Below, in pieces: positions 20,767 through 30,335 of a stretch of DNA of 64,000 bases (positions within the stretch are counted from its first letter, which is position 1; every line of letters starts with the position of its first letter). Source of the stretch: Oscillospiraceae bacterium (GTDB lineage Bacteria > Bacillota > Clostridia > Oscillospirales > Ruminococcaceae); the NCBI GenBank assembly GCA_045540255.1, contig JAZQGZ010000084.1, positions 14,042-78,041 of the forward strand, read 5' to 3'. The notes beneath the pieces were generated by a model that was given only the letters and a program-made list of their open reading frames with translations, did no database searches and was not told where the DNA came from. A program made the position numbers and the translations under genes.

Positions 20767-21228
20767 TCAGATATCGATCTGATAACGAATCTCTGTCACT
20801 TCCCCATCTTTCCCATATACATGCCGCATTCTGCCATCGGGAAGAAAGCCTATTCTTTTAAAGAACCTTTCAGCGCGAATATTGTTTTTGTCCAGCCAGA
20901 CGAAAGCAGTCTTACAACGCTTGGCTCTCATTTCCCTGAGAGAATGTGACAAAAGCTTACGGCCAAAGCCATTACCACGATACCCCTCAGTAATGTAGAT
21001 AGCAGAGATCTCACAACTGTCGGGTATCGGAAGTGCCTCACACACGCATACACCTCTCACTGTCTTGTCGCAGGTTATAGTCGCGGTAAGCAGCGAGTTT
21101 TTCAGGCAGTTCTCCACATAACTTCTATTATAATAGTCAACAGTATCTTTATCAGAAAAGCAGGACGCAAATACATCCTCTATCTCCGATATCTGTGTTT
21201 TTACAGCAGTTCTAACATTTAGTATCAA
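20767..21228 (-). CDS. GNAT family N-acetyltransferase
   Basis: 153 aa. Acetyl-CoA binding motif YRGNGFGRKLL and C-terminal FFKRIGF. Confidence 0.75.
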   Translation of the reverse strand: MILNVRTAVKTQISEIEDVFASCFSDKDTVDYYNRSYVENCLKNSLLTATITCDKTVRGVCVCEALPIPDSCEISAIYITEGYRGNGFGRKLLSHSLREMRAKRCKTAFVWLDKNNIRAERFFKRIGFLPDGRMRHVYGKDGEVTEIRYQIDI

Positions 21229-21231
21229 TTC

Positions 21232-21714
21232 TTAACCCTTGATGGACTTTAAAAGTCCTCCTTTATTAATAATTTCTTTGATAAAATCCGGGAAAGGCTG
21301 AGCCTGATAGGTCCTTCCCTTTGTTACATTTGTAATGACTCCTGTGTCGAAGTCAATATCCACCACGTTGCCTGCTTCGATATCCTTAGCAGCCTCGTCA
21401 CATTCAAGTATCGGTAGTCCGATATTGATAGCGTTGCGATAGAAAATCCTTGCAAAGGTTGAAGCGATAACACAGCTTATTCCACTTGCCTTGATAGCGA
21501 TAGGTGCGTGTTCCCGGGAGCTGCCGCAGCCGAAATTCATTTCTGCTACCATTATATCGCCTATCTGTACTCTGTTAATAAAATCTTTATCAATATCCTC
21601 CATGCAGTGAGAAGCAAGCTCCTTGTGGTCTGCAGTGTTCAGATATCTGGCAGGAATGATAACGTCGGTATCGACATTGTCACCGTATTTATGTACTGTT
21701 CCATGTGCATTCAT
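21232..21714 (-). CDS. leuD: 3-isopropylmalate dehydratase small subunit
   Basis: 160 aa, short LeuD type ([24 protein letters not shown]). Confidence 0.93.
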   Translation of the reverse strand: MNAHGTVHKYGDNVDTDVIIPARYLNTADHKELASHCMEDIDKDFINRVQIGDIMVAEMNFGCGSSREHAPIAIKASGISCVIASTFARIFYRNAINIGLPILECDEAAKDIEAGNVVDIDFDTGVITNVTKGRTYQAQPFPDFIKEIINKGGLLKSIKG

Positions 21715-21728
21715 ATATCGTCAGCTCC

Positions 21729-22991
21729 TTAATCCTTTACATCAGAGATATAGCCTGTCAACGCGCTCGCAGCGGCAATTGCAGGGCTTGCAAGATACAC
21801 CTCAGAAGTGGTATCGCCCATTCTTCCAACAAAATTACGGTTTGTGGTAGATACTGCCCTCTCATTGGGCGCAAGTATTCCCATGTGACCGCCAAGGCAG
21901 GGACCGCAGGTAGGTGCAGAAACGACCATTCCCGCCTCTACAAAGATCTCGAGAAGCCCATTTCTGAGAGCATCAAGATATATTTGCTGCGTTGCAGGGA
22001 TAACGATAGCTCGCACACCCTTTGCAACCTTTTTGCCCTTGACAACTGCAGCGGCAGCCTCAAGGTCGGAATAACGACCATTAGTACAGGAGCCGATGAC
22101 CACCTGATCGATCTTTATATTCAGCTTCTCCGCTTCATCTATTGTCTTCGTATTCTCGGGAAGATGCGGGAAAGCAACAGTAGGACGTATCGCGGAAAGA
22201 TCGATGTCGATGACACGATTATAATGTGCATCCTCATCAGCCTTGAATATCTCAAAGCTTCTGTCCGTCCTGCCCTTTACATAATCAAGCGTAACCTCAT
22301 CTACTTCGAAAATTCCGTTCTTTGCACCTGCTTCGATCGCCATGTTAGCCATGCAAAGTCTGTCATCCATAGAAAGGTTCTTAAGCCCGTCTCCGGTGAA
22401 CTCCATAGACTGATAGAGGGCACCGTCAACACCGATCATACCAATAATATGCAGTATCACATCCTTACCCGAAACCCACTTATTTAGCTTACCTGTAAGA
22501 TTGAACTTTATTGCAGAGGGAACCTTGAACCAGGCTTCACCTGTTGCCATTCCTGCAGCCATATCAGTGGAGCCTACTCCTGTGGAAAATGCTCCGAGTG
22601 CACCATAAGTACAAGTATGGCTGTCAGCTCCTATAACACAATCTGAAGGAACTACAAGACCTTTTTCGGGAAGCAGAGCATGCTCAATACCCACATCTCC
22701 GACATCATAATAATTGATAATATCATATTTGTCGGCAAAGTTTCGGCACTGCTGGCACTGCTTTGCAGCTTTTATATCCTTATTAGGTGTAAAATGGTCC
22801 ATAACGAGGGATATCTTCGACTTATCAAAAATACCGTCAAAGCCTATCTTCTCAAATTCATTTATAGCAACGGGACTTGTTATATCATTTCCAAGAACCA
22901 TATCAAGCTTAGCTCTGATAAGCTGTCCTTCGGTTACATTATCCAATCCTGCATGCCTGGCAAGGATCTTCTGGGTCATGGTCATTCCCAT
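21729..22991 (-). CDS. leuC: 3-isopropylmalate dehydratase large subunit
   Basis: 420 aa. Aconitase-family Fe-S motifs [20 protein letters not shown] and CGPCLG. AAGGAGG lies 7 nt before the ATG. Confidence 0.95.
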   Translation of the reverse strand: MGMTMTQKILARHAGLDNVTEGQLIRAKLDMVLGNDITSPVAINEFEKIGFDGIFDKSKISLVMDHFTPNKDIKAAKQCQQCRNFADKYDIINYYDVGDVGIEHALLPEKGLVVPSDCVIGADSHTCTYGALGAFSTGVGSTDMAAGMATGEAWFKVPSAIKFNLTGKLNKWVSGKDVILHIIGMIGVDGALYQSMEFTGDGLKNLSMDDRLCMANMAIEAGAKNGIFEVDEVTLDYVKGRTDRSFEIFKADEDAHYNRVIDIDLSAIRPTVAFPHLPENTKTIDEAEKLNIKIDQVVIGSCTNGRYSDLEAAAAVVKGKKVAKGVRAIVIPATQQIYLDALRNGLLEIFVEAGMVVSAPTCGPCLGGHMGILAPNERAVSTTNRNFVGRMGDTTSEVYLASPAIAAASALTGYISDVKD

Positions 22992-23026
22992 AAATATGCC
23001 TCCTTTATCGAATTTACCATAGCTAT

Positions 23027-23055
23027 ATTATATCACTAAAATTCAACGCTGTAAA
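23027..23055 (-). promoter_or_regulatory. sigmaA-type promoter for the leuC operon
   Basis: Minus strand: -35 TTTACA (23055-23050), 17-nt spacer, -10 TATAAT (23032-23027). The leader is only about 30 nt. Confidence 0.4.
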
Positions 23056-23139
23056 GTGGTTTATTGAAAAAATTTAACGTATTATAACACTAAAACCCTA
23101 AAATTTATTGTAAAATTAAACGAATAACAACGAACTATA

Positions 23140-23168
23140 TTGACAATTACGTCAAAATGATTTAAAAT
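23140..23168 (+). promoter_or_regulatory. sigmaA-type promoter for aroA-aroC
   Basis: -35 TTGACA (23140-23145), 17-nt spacer, -10 TAAAAT (23163-23168). Confidence 0.45.
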
Positions 23169-23283
23169 TAAAGAGTGTGCTCTTATAAAGGCGCACATAT
23201 TTGCCAGAAACCACTTCAACAGGCTATAGATTTTTATTAAACAGCAATTAATACATAACTGCAGTGATCAACAGGAGTATTTT

Positions 23284-24510
23284 ATGAACATCCAGATAAA
23301 GCCAACAAATTTGGCAGGTACTATTAAAGTCCCCCCATCAAAAAGCATTTCACACCGCGCACTTATATGCGCAGCACTTTCAAAAGGTGAAACACGTATA
23401 ACCGATCTCCTCGGCTGCGAGGACATCGATGCTACCTGCGATGCACTTACTGCGCTCGGAGCTGAAATCCGTACCGAGGGTGGGATCACATACGTTAAAG
23501 GCATTGAAAACCCTCCGACCAAAGCAGAGATCAACTGCCGCGAATCAGGCTCAACGCTGCGCTTCATCATTCCTGTTGCAGCGGCACTTGGCGTTGAGAC
23601 CACATTCACAGGCTGCGGAAAGCTGCCTACACGCCCCATAACCCCCTATGTTGATGAGTTCAAAAAGCACGGCGTAGAGTTCGTCAGCGATACGATGCCA
23701 TATCATATCAGAGGTAAACTCACCTCAGGTGTTTTCTCTGTTCCCGGCGATATCTCGTCGCAGTTCATCACAGGTCTGCTGTTCGCACTGCCACTGATAG
23801 AGGGTAGCAGCAATATCGTCATGACCTCTCCCCTGCAATCAAAGCCCTACGCCGATATAACCATACAGTGTATGAAGACTTTTGGAGTAGAAACACTCGA
23901 ATTCAACGGAAACTACTCTGTAAAGGGCATCCAGCAGTATAAGGCCACCGATTATAATGTCGAGGGCGATTGCTCGCAGGCTGCATTCTTTGCTGTTGCA
24001 AATCAGATAGGCAGCAATATCGAGCTTACAGGTATCAATCCGAACAGTGTACAGGGCGACCGCGCCGTATTTGACATCATAAATAATATGATAAAGATCG
24101 GTGACAACTACTCCGGATTTGACGTGGATGCCACCGATATTCCTGATCTCGTGCCTATACTTACTGTTCTTGCAGCTTTTGCGGATGGCGTATCCCATAT
24201 CCGCGGATGCAAAAGATTGAGAATAAAAGAGAGTGACCGTCTGGAATCCATCTCCACTGTCCTGAACTCTCTTGGTGCCAGCGTCACTATCGTGAACGAC
24301 GAGCTTGAAATTGCAGGTGTAAAAGAGCTTACGGGCGGAGTTTGCAGCAGCTTCAACGATCACAGGATCGCAATGTCCCTGGCTATTGCATCCCAGCGAT
24401 GCACAGGTGACCTGATAATCACTGATACGGAATGTGTAGCAAAATCTTACCCCACATTCTTTGAAGATTTCCGTTCCCTCGGAGGTGAATACGATGTCAT
24501 CATTGTTTAA
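23284..24510 (+). CDS. aroA: 3-phosphoshikimate 1-carboxyvinyltransferase (EPSP synthase)
   Basis: 408 aa. Motifs PPSKSISHRALI and LRIKESDRL. Confidence 0.95.
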   Translation: MNIQIKPTNLAGTIKVPPSKSISHRALICAALSKGETRITDLLGCEDIDATCDALTALGAEIRTEGGITYVKGIENPPTKAEINCRESGSTLRFIIPVAAALGVETTFTGCGKLPTRPITPYVDEFKKHGVEFVSDTMPYHIRGKLTSGVFSVPGDISSQFITGLLFALPLIEGSSNIVMTSPLQSKPYADITIQCMKTFGVETLEFNGNYSVKGIQQYKATDYNVEGDCSQAAFFAVANQIGSNIELTGINPNSVQGDRAVFDIINNMIKIGDNYSGFDVDATDIPDLVPILTVLAAFADGVSHIRGCKRLRIKESDRLESISTVLNSLGASVTIVNDELEIAGVKELTGGVCSSFNDHRIAMSLAIASQRCTGDLIITDTECVAKSYPTFFEDFRSLGGEYDVIIV

Positions 24511-25582
24511 CGGCGGTATTTCTGTTTCTCTCTTTGGAGAGTCCCACGGCAAGGGCATCGGTGTGGTTCTTGATAATCTGCCTGCGGGCGAAGATATTGA
24601 CCTTGATAAGATCGCTGAATTCATGGCACGCCGCGCCCCCAAAAAGGACGGCACAAGTACCATGAGAAACGAGAAGGATCTTCCCGAGATACTTTCGGGG
24701 CTTTACAACGGAAAGACAACAGGAACTCCTCTTTGCGCAATAATAAGAAACAACGATCAGCACTCGAACGATTACGGAAACATATCTCATATAGCACGTC
24801 CTGCTCACGCCGATTATACAGGACATCTTCGATATAACGGCGCAAATGATCCCCGCGGCGGCGGACATTTCTCAGGCAGGATCACTGCTCCCCTTGTCTT
24901 TGCGGGCGCAGTGTGTGCACAGATCCTGGAGCGTCGCGGTATTACAACAGGCGCACATATAGTTTCGGTCAGAAATGTAAAAGACGACCGCTTCGATCCT
25001 GTAAAAGTAACCGCACAACAGCTCAATAACATCAAAAAACGTAATTTTCCCGTTCTCTCCGATGAGGCTGAAGCAAAAATGCGTGAAGCGATCAACTCCG
25101 CACGCGAAGACCTCAACAGTGTTGGCGGTGTTATTGAATGTGCCGCTGTCGGTTTCCCCGCAGGAATCGGCTCACCCATGATGGACGGACTTGAAAATAC
25201 CATTTCACGTCTTGTTTTCGCTATTCCCGCTGTCAAGGGCATAGAATTCGGCAACGGATTTGAGTGCGCAGAGCTTTACGGAAGCGAAAACAACGATGAA
25301 TTCACTCTGGAAGATGGCAGGATAGTTACCGCAACCAACAATCACGGTGGCATACTTGGCGGCATAAGCTCAGGGATGCCTATCATTTTCAGGGCAGCAT
25401 TCAAGCCCACCCCTTCCATATCGCGTTCACAAAACAGCGTGGATTTCAGATCAATGGCGCAGGAGGAACTGGTCATCAAAGGCAGACACGATCCTTGTGT
25501 TGTGCCTCGCGCGGTCCCCTGTGTTGAAGCAGCATTGAATATTGCGCTGCTTTCCGCGTTACTGGACCAACCGATCATATAA
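24494..25582 (+). CDS. aroC: Chorismate synthase
   Basis: Motifs FGESHGKGIG and GRHDPCVVPRA. The ATG at 24494 (MSSLFNGG) overlaps the aroA end by 17 nt. Confidence 0.95.
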   Translation: MSSLFNGGISVSLFGESHGKGIGVVLDNLPAGEDIDLDKIAEFMARRAPKKDGTSTMRNEKDLPEILSGLYNGKTTGTPLCAIIRNNDQHSNDYGNISHIARPAHADYTGHLRYNGANDPRGGGHFSGRITAPLVFAGAVCAQILERRGITTGAHIVSVRNVKDDRFDPVKVTAQQLNNIKKRNFPVLSDEAEAKMREAINSAREDLNSVGGVIECAAVGFPAGIGSPMMDGLENTISRLVFAIPAVKGIEFGNGFECAELYGSENNDEFTLEDGRIVTATNNHGGILGGISSGMPIIFRAAFKPTPSISRSQNSVDFRSMAQEELVIKGRHDPCVVPRAVPCVEAALNIALLSALLDQPII

Positions 25583-25603
25583 CATACTTAATGAGGAAAA
25601 TAT

Positions 25604-26146
25604 ATGAAAACAATACCCAGAATAAGAGTAGACGATGTACAATCAATACGCATACTGGTTTGTCACCTGATATACTCGCTCGGATGCCCGCTCAAGAAAG
25701 AACAGCTCATTGAGATCACTTCGCTCGAACAGGCAGTAAACTACTTTGATCTTATTGAGGCTTTAAACGGCATCGAGGAACGTCTTTGTACCGTTGAAGA
25801 AATTGACGATGACCTCGTTTACGCTAACACAAAGCTCGGCGATGCCGCAGCAAGAGAGTTCGGAAATACTCTCCCTGCTTCCATACGCGAAAAGATGTTT
25901 GAAGAGGCGGTTAAAGTATATACCCGTGACGCGATGAAAAAAGACAAGCTATACGCTATCCGTTACGCAGAAAACGAAAACGGAAGCTGCACCATCGGTA
26001 TTTCAATCAAAGATGAGATCAGCGGAAAGCAAAAATACTACCTCAATATTTTCACCGGCGACAAAGAGAGCGCAGAAAAGATAAAAAAGAAGATCAAGTC
26101 AGATCCTGCGCAATTCAACGCCTATCTCGACAAATACTTTGAGTAA
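25604..26146 (+). CDS. Uncharacterised protein, DUF4364-like (PadR-like winged-helix N-terminus)
   Basis: 180 aa. The N-terminal pattern IRILVCHLIYSLGCPLKKEQLIEITSLEQAVNYFDLIEALNGIEE matches my memory of the DUF4364 family. I could not run a search. Confidence 0.5.
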   Translation: MKTIPRIRVDDVQSIRILVCHLIYSLGCPLKKEQLIEITSLEQAVNYFDLIEALNGIEERLCTVEEIDDDLVYANTKLGDAAAREFGNTLPASIREKMFEEAVKVYTRDAMKKDKLYAIRYAENENGSCTIGISIKDEISGKQKYYLNIFTGDKESAEKIKKKIKSDPAQFNAYLDKYFE

Positions 26147-26166
26147 TTATGATCCAAAAGACTTGA

Positions 26167-26199
26167 CCCCAATGTTCCTGAGAAACATTGGGGTTTTTT
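26167..26199 (+). terminator. Rho-independent terminator after the DUF4364-like gene
   Basis: Perfect 10-bp stem CCCCAATGTT/AACATTGGGG followed by T6. Confidence 0.75.
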
Positions 26200-26419
26200 A
26201 CTATCGTATATCGATCAGTCTGTCACGTCAGCATTTTATCTTACTCTGATAGTGATCGAGCAGTTCGCCGAAAACAGCTATTTAAAAAATCCAACGCAAA
26301 GCCTTTTGCAGAACGGTTTCAGGGCAAGTGAAAAAAACGGGGATTTCAGTAGCTGAAATGGTAGTTTTGGAGAATTTTTGAGTTAAGGACAAGATATAGA
26401 ATTTGATAGTATTGTGAGG

Positions 26420-26448
26420 CTCTCCTGCCCTTTCGGCGGGAGAGTTTT
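26420..26448 (+). terminator. Terminator-like hairpin inside the non-coding region upstream of the recombinase
   Basis: Stem CTCTCCTGCC/GGCGGGAGAG (one G-U pair), loop CTTTC, followed by TTTT. No ORF precedes it. Confidence 0.4.
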
Positions 26449-26587
26449 CATTATCTTTACTCATGAATTGCCTATTGTAATGAAATATCCTGTAATTACA
26501 CACATATAATTATTACCGATGACAGCGAGGGTGTGACATCGTTACTGACTTACGCCTATATGCGGCGAGAACCAGGAGGTAATTTAA

Positions 26588-26734
26588 ATGGCTGAACTTA
26601 TTACAGAGTACATTGATGCAAAGAATATTGCTCACACCGTACAGCATATTACTGTACCCAGTGAGGACAGCTATGAGAAGGAACGGCTTGCTGAAGAGCT
26701 TTACAGTATTCTCTCTGGGAAAAAGGGCAACTGA
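26588..26734 (+). CDS. 48-aa acidic hypothetical protein upstream of the recombinase
   Basis: AGGAGGT lies 7 nt before the ATG. Own translation: MAELITEYIDAKNIAHTVQHITVPSEDSYEKERLAEELYSILSGKKGN. Too short for the ORF track. Confidence 0.4.
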   Translation: MAELITEYIDAKNIAHTVQHITVPSEDSYEKERLAEELYSILSGKKGN

Positions 26735-26776
26735 TCAACGCTGATAAGGCGTAGCACGCAGAAAAGAGGTACGCCA

Positions 26777-28306
26777 ATGGCGGTAGTACTGTACGCTAGA
26801 AAATCCGTCGAGCGCGAGAACAGCATAAGCTGCGAAACTCAGCTTAAATACTGCAGGAGTATGCTGAAACCTGACGAACAGGATGAGAAGATCATCAGGA
26901 TCGTTGATAATGGATACTCGGGCGGTAATGTCAACCGCGACGGATTTCAGAAGATGATGAAGCTGATACATCTAGGCAGGATCAGTAAGGTCGTCGTCTA
27001 CAAGGTAGACCGGATAAGCCGTTCCCTGTCGGACTTCGTCAATATTATGGAGGATTTCAAGGCGCATCATGTAGAGTTCGTATCTTCGCAGGAGGCCTTT
27101 GATACATCGTCGCCTTACGGTGAGCTTATCATAAAGATACTTGTCGTGTTTGCAGAGTTTGAACGAAATTCGATCATTGAGAGAGTTACTCAGGCGTATG
27201 CACACCGCAGTGAGATGGGCTTTTACATGGGCGGCAGACAGCCTTATGGGTTCGAGCTGATTCCTGCCATCATCAACAATATCAAAACCAAGAAGTTAAA
27301 CGGTATTCCAAGGCAAATCGAGCAGATACGTTACATATTTAATGTCTATGCTTGGGATAATATTTCTCTTCGCAGGCTTTTGGATATCTTACTTTGCGAG
27401 GGTAAAACTCCCCTCAACGGCAGTGAGTGGACTACCGCAAAGCTTTCTTCAATACTGAGGAACCCTATCTACGTCAGAGCTGATTCCGATGTTTACGATT
27501 ACTACGAAAGCCGCGGCGTACAGATGATATCCGATATTTCCGAGTTCAAAGGTATCAATGGCGCACAGCTTTACGGCAAGACAAAGCACAAGCATGATGA
27601 TCCCGACTGGTCGGATATGAAGCTGGTGCTTATGCCACACCGAGGTGTCGTGGATTCTGATGTGTGGCTGAAATGTCAGCATAAGCTGATACAGAACAAG
27701 CAGATACACAAAAGTGTGTCGAACAAGACAAGCTGGCTTGCAGGAAAGATAGTCTGCGAGAAGTGCGGTCACACGATGACCACAATCAAGGGAAATGTCA
27801 ACAAGCAAGGCGTGATGCGAAGGTATTTCAACTGCACAGGCAAATCCCACAAGCAAAAATGCACAGGTCCCAATATGACGATATATGCCGAAAACCTTGA
27901 AAATATGGTCTACGACTGTATCACTGAAAAGCTGCGTGAGATGAAAGATGCTAAGGTCACGACGGCTAAAACTGACTCGACAGAGGTCAACGAACTTAAA
28001 CTACGCATCAAGGAAATTGAGAAGAAAGAGGAAAATCTGGCAGAAAACCTGCTTGAAGGCAAGCTGGAAGGCGCACTGCTGGTGATAGCTAACAATAAGG
28101 CAGCCTCGCTTAAGAAGGAAAAGCAGGTACTTCTTAATCAGATAGAGTCACTCAAAACTACCGCTGCTGATGCGGGAACAGTTATAAATCCTACGAAGTC
28201 CTGGAAGAATGCGGATTATGACCGGAGAAAGGCGGTCGCAGGCATTATGATCCAGAAGATCGTAATAAGCGAAAACGGTAACGTCAGGATTCTCTGGAAA
28301 TTATAA
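26777..28306 (+). CDS. Large serine recombinase (resolvase domain, recombinase domain, zinc ribbon, coiled coil)
   Basis: 509 aa. Catalytic N-terminus VLYARKSVERENSISCETQ and VYKVDRISRS, Cys-rich zinc ribbon CEKCGH...FNCTGKSHKQKC, and a K/E-rich C-terminal coiled coil. AAGAGGT RBS. Confidence 0.9.
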   Translation: MAVVLYARKSVERENSISCETQLKYCRSMLKPDEQDEKIIRIVDNGYSGGNVNRDGFQKMMKLIHLGRISKVVVYKVDRISRSLSDFVNIMEDFKAHHVEFVSSQEAFDTSSPYGELIIKILVVFAEFERNSIIERVTQAYAHRSEMGFYMGGRQPYGFELIPAIINNIKTKKLNGIPRQIEQIRYIFNVYAWDNISLRRLLDILLCEGKTPLNGSEWTTAKLSSILRNPIYVRADSDVYDYYESRGVQMISDISEFKGINGAQLYGKTKHKHDDPDWSDMKLVLMPHRGVVDSDVWLKCQHKLIQNKQIHKSVSNKTSWLAGKIVCEKCGHTMTTIKGNVNKQGVMRRYFNCTGKSHKQKCTGPNMTIYAENLENMVYDCITEKLREMKDAKVTTAKTDSTEVNELKLRIKEIEKKEENLAENLLEGKLEGALLVIANNKAASLKKEKQVLLNQIESLKTTAADAGTVINPTKSWKNADYDRRKAVAGIMIQKIVISENGNVRILWKL

Positions 28307-28345
28307 AAAAGCTGTCGGGAAAGAAATATTCCGACAGCTTTAACT
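28305..28345. terminator. Bidirectional terminator between the recombinase (+) and the polyprenyl synthase (-)
   Basis: Stem GCTGTCGG/CCGACAGC (28311-28318 / 28331-28338), with A6 on the left and a T-rich run on the right. Confidence 0.6.
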
Positions 28346-28416
28346 TTTTAATTAACCCGTGCACTCAATCATAATGGTATATTTTATTTTCGTGGTACAC
28401 GATATGAAAATATGTA

Positions 28417-29382
28417 TTATAAATTCGAATAGCAAGAGAACAACAGATCTGATAAGTACTGCTTTTCAGGGATATCAGGCAGAAGCCCGAGGCTTATATT
28501 GGCCTTAGTATAATACTCATCAGCCTTATATCGTGCCTTTTCCAAACCATGTGCTTCTTCAATTATTCTGAACAGTGCTTTCTTGTTATCCTCGGTCATT
28601 CCGTTTTCAGAAACAGATTCTTTTATCTCCTTCATCTGCTTAATATGTTCTTCCGTATCCATTGAATAAATCACGGGAAGTGTGTATATTCCATTTTCAA
28701 AATCCTGAAGAACCGGTTTGCCGATCGTGTCCTCACTGCTGCAGAAATCAAGCAGATCATCTCTTATCTGGAACAAAATACCGAAGTTTCTTCCGAAATC
28801 AGCAAGAGCAGATACGACCGAAGACGGTGCAGACGAAATCAAACCGCCCATCTGACAAGCAGATTCAAAAATACAGGCAGTTTTACCTGTTATATTACTA
28901 ATGTACTCCTCGATCGTGATATCAATATTATACAACGCCGAATTCTGTCCAAGCTCACCATAACACATCTGACGTATATTATCAAATATTTTACGGTATT
29001 TACTGATAGACATTCCTGCGGCTTTATCAACAACACAATAGATCATATAGTCGCCCGCATATACGGCCATTTTTTTACCGAACTTTTTCTGGACTGATAA
29101 GATTCCGCGTCGCATATCGGCATTATCGATGATATCGTCATGAACAAGAGATGCCATATGAATGATCTCGATCATAGCAGCGTACATATAAAGATTATCA
29201 TCTTTTTTCTTTCCGAACATTGAGCCCATCAGCATCATCTTCGGACGAAGCTGTTTTCCTTTGTTAGAAAGCACCCAATCCATAACTTCCTGCATATCTT
29301 TATTTTCGCTGGCAAGTATCTCTTTCATAACATCATTTACAATTGATATACTTTCATTGAGGGTCTTTTTATTTGAAGCCAT
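28417..29382 (-). CDS. Polyprenyl diphosphate synthase (trans-IPPS, HepT/IspB-like)
   Basis: 321 aa. First and second Asp-rich motifs LVHDDIID and QIRDDLLD. AAGGAGA RBS in the 12-nt gap after the UbiA gene. Confidence 0.88.
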   Translation of the reverse strand: MASNKKTLNESISIVNDVMKEILASENKDMQEVMDWVLSNKGKQLRPKMMLMGSMFGKKKDDNLYMYAAMIEIIHMASLVHDDIIDNADMRRGILSVQKKFGKKMAVYAGDYMIYCVVDKAAGMSISKYRKIFDNIRQMCYGELGQNSALYNIDITIEEYISNITGKTACIFESACQMGGLISSAPSSVVSALADFGRNFGILFQIRDDLLDFCSSEDTIGKPVLQDFENGIYTLPVIYSMDTEEHIKQMKEIKESVSENGMTEDNKKALFRIIEEAHGLEKARYKADEYYTKANISLGLLPDIPEKQYLSDLLFSCYSNL

Positions 29383-29394
29383 TAAACAATCTCC

Positions 29395-30258
29395 TTAATT
29401 CATAGGTATATAACAAAACGTATCAAGAATAGCAGCACCAAAAATGATCAAGCTATATACTTGATTCATATCAAATGTCAAAGCAGCATTCTTCATACTA
29501 TATTTACTGACCATAATGTGCTCCGCAATTATAATCAGATATGCAGCAGCCGAAATAACCGTAAAAACCAAACCGCAATCAGCCAACACGATAAGCGCAA
29601 CAAACAAGCCTAACATAGCGCCATGACTTAATGCAGAGATGATATAAGCCTTTTTTATACCAAAAACAGAAGGGATAGAATGCATCTTCTGTTCAATATC
29701 GTATTTTATGTCCTGTGAACTATATATCAATTCAAATCCTACAGTCCAACAAAACACGACACCACCGCACAATATTGCGCGAACATCGAAAAAATCGCGT
29801 CCGAATACAAGCCAACCGCCAACAGGACAAACCGCATTAACAGTTGCGAGTATAAAATGACAGCACCATGTATATCGTTTCGAAAGCGAATATACAAGGC
29901 AAAGCGTAAGCGGTATCGGCAATAACAAAATCAAAAAAACATCAATAAACCCTGTGCAGACAATAACCACAATGAAGCATACAACTAAAATCAAATAAGC
30001 CTCCTTAACCGAGAGCTCACCTGTTACCAAAGGTCTGTTTTTGGTACGAGGATTTGATGCATCCAGCTTTCTGTCAGTTATACCATTAAAAGCATTACCT
30101 GCCATAAATCCTGCAACAGCAGCACAAAGCAAAAGTACCAATCGCAACAGATCAGGAACTCCCTCAGTAGCCAAAAAGGCGGCAGTTCCTGCAAACGGTA
30201 TAGCTAAAAACGGCTTATTAAGTCTGCACAACTTAATAATTGCCAAACATTTATTCAT
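29395..30258 (-). CDS. UbiA-family aromatic prenyltransferase (MenA/UbiA-like)
   Basis: Polytopic membrane protein with the NGITDRKLD (NxxxDxxxD) motif. The ATG at 30258 has an AAGGGAAG RBS. The ORF-track TTG at 30303 lies inside the repeat/promoter region. Confidence 0.85.
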   Translation of the reverse strand: MNKCLAIIKLCRLNKPFLAIPFAGTAAFLATEGVPDLLRLVLLLCAAVAGFMAGNAFNGITDRKLDASNPRTKNRPLVTGELSVKEAYLILVVCFIVVIVCTGFIDVFLILLLPIPLTLCLVYSLSKRYTWCCHFILATVNAVCPVGGWLVFGRDFFDVRAILCGGVVFCWTVGFELIYSSQDIKYDIEQKMHSIPSVFGIKKAYIISALSHGAMLGLFVALIVLADCGLVFTVISAAAYLIIIAEHIMVSKYSMKNAALTFDMNQVYSLIIFGAAILDTFCYIPMN

Positions 30259-30296
30259 AAATCTTCCCTTTTCATAATTACACAACTCAAACATTT

Positions 30297-30327
30297 TGTG
30301 CAAAACAATTACTTAATGTGCAAAACA
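30297..30327 (-). repeat. Tandem direct 11-mer (TGTGCAAAACA x2, 20-bp period) in the leader of the UbiA operon; candidate operator
   Basis: Identical 11-mers at 30297-30307 and 30317-30327, immediately downstream of the -10 box on the transcribed (minus) strand. Confidence 0.6.
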
Positions 30328-30335
30328 TTATTTTT

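Noticed and set aside
22992-23139. Possible T-box or attenuator upstream of leuC
   Set aside because: The best promoter leaves only about a 30-nt AT-rich leader. I found no specifier or T-box sequence and no terminator/antiterminator pair.
23839-24663. 274-aa minus-strand ORF
   Set aside because: It is antisense to aroA/aroC. It is a shadow ORF.
26165-26172. 8-mer GACCCCAA shared between the left flank (26165) and the right flank near 30458, considered as a possible att repeat for the recombinase island
   Set aside because: An 8-nt match between two 200-nt windows is expected by chance (roughly 0.6 occurrences). The left copy is part of a terminator stem.
26282-26503. 73-aa minus-strand ORF in the recombinase leader
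   Set aside because: It has no RBS, spans the hairpin at 26420-26448, and its sequence is unconvincing. I treated the region as non-coding.
30259-30303. Upstream TTG/ATG starts for the UbiA gene
   Set aside because: They lie within the tandem 11-mer leader and lack an RBS. The ATG at 30258 has AAGGGAAG upstream.
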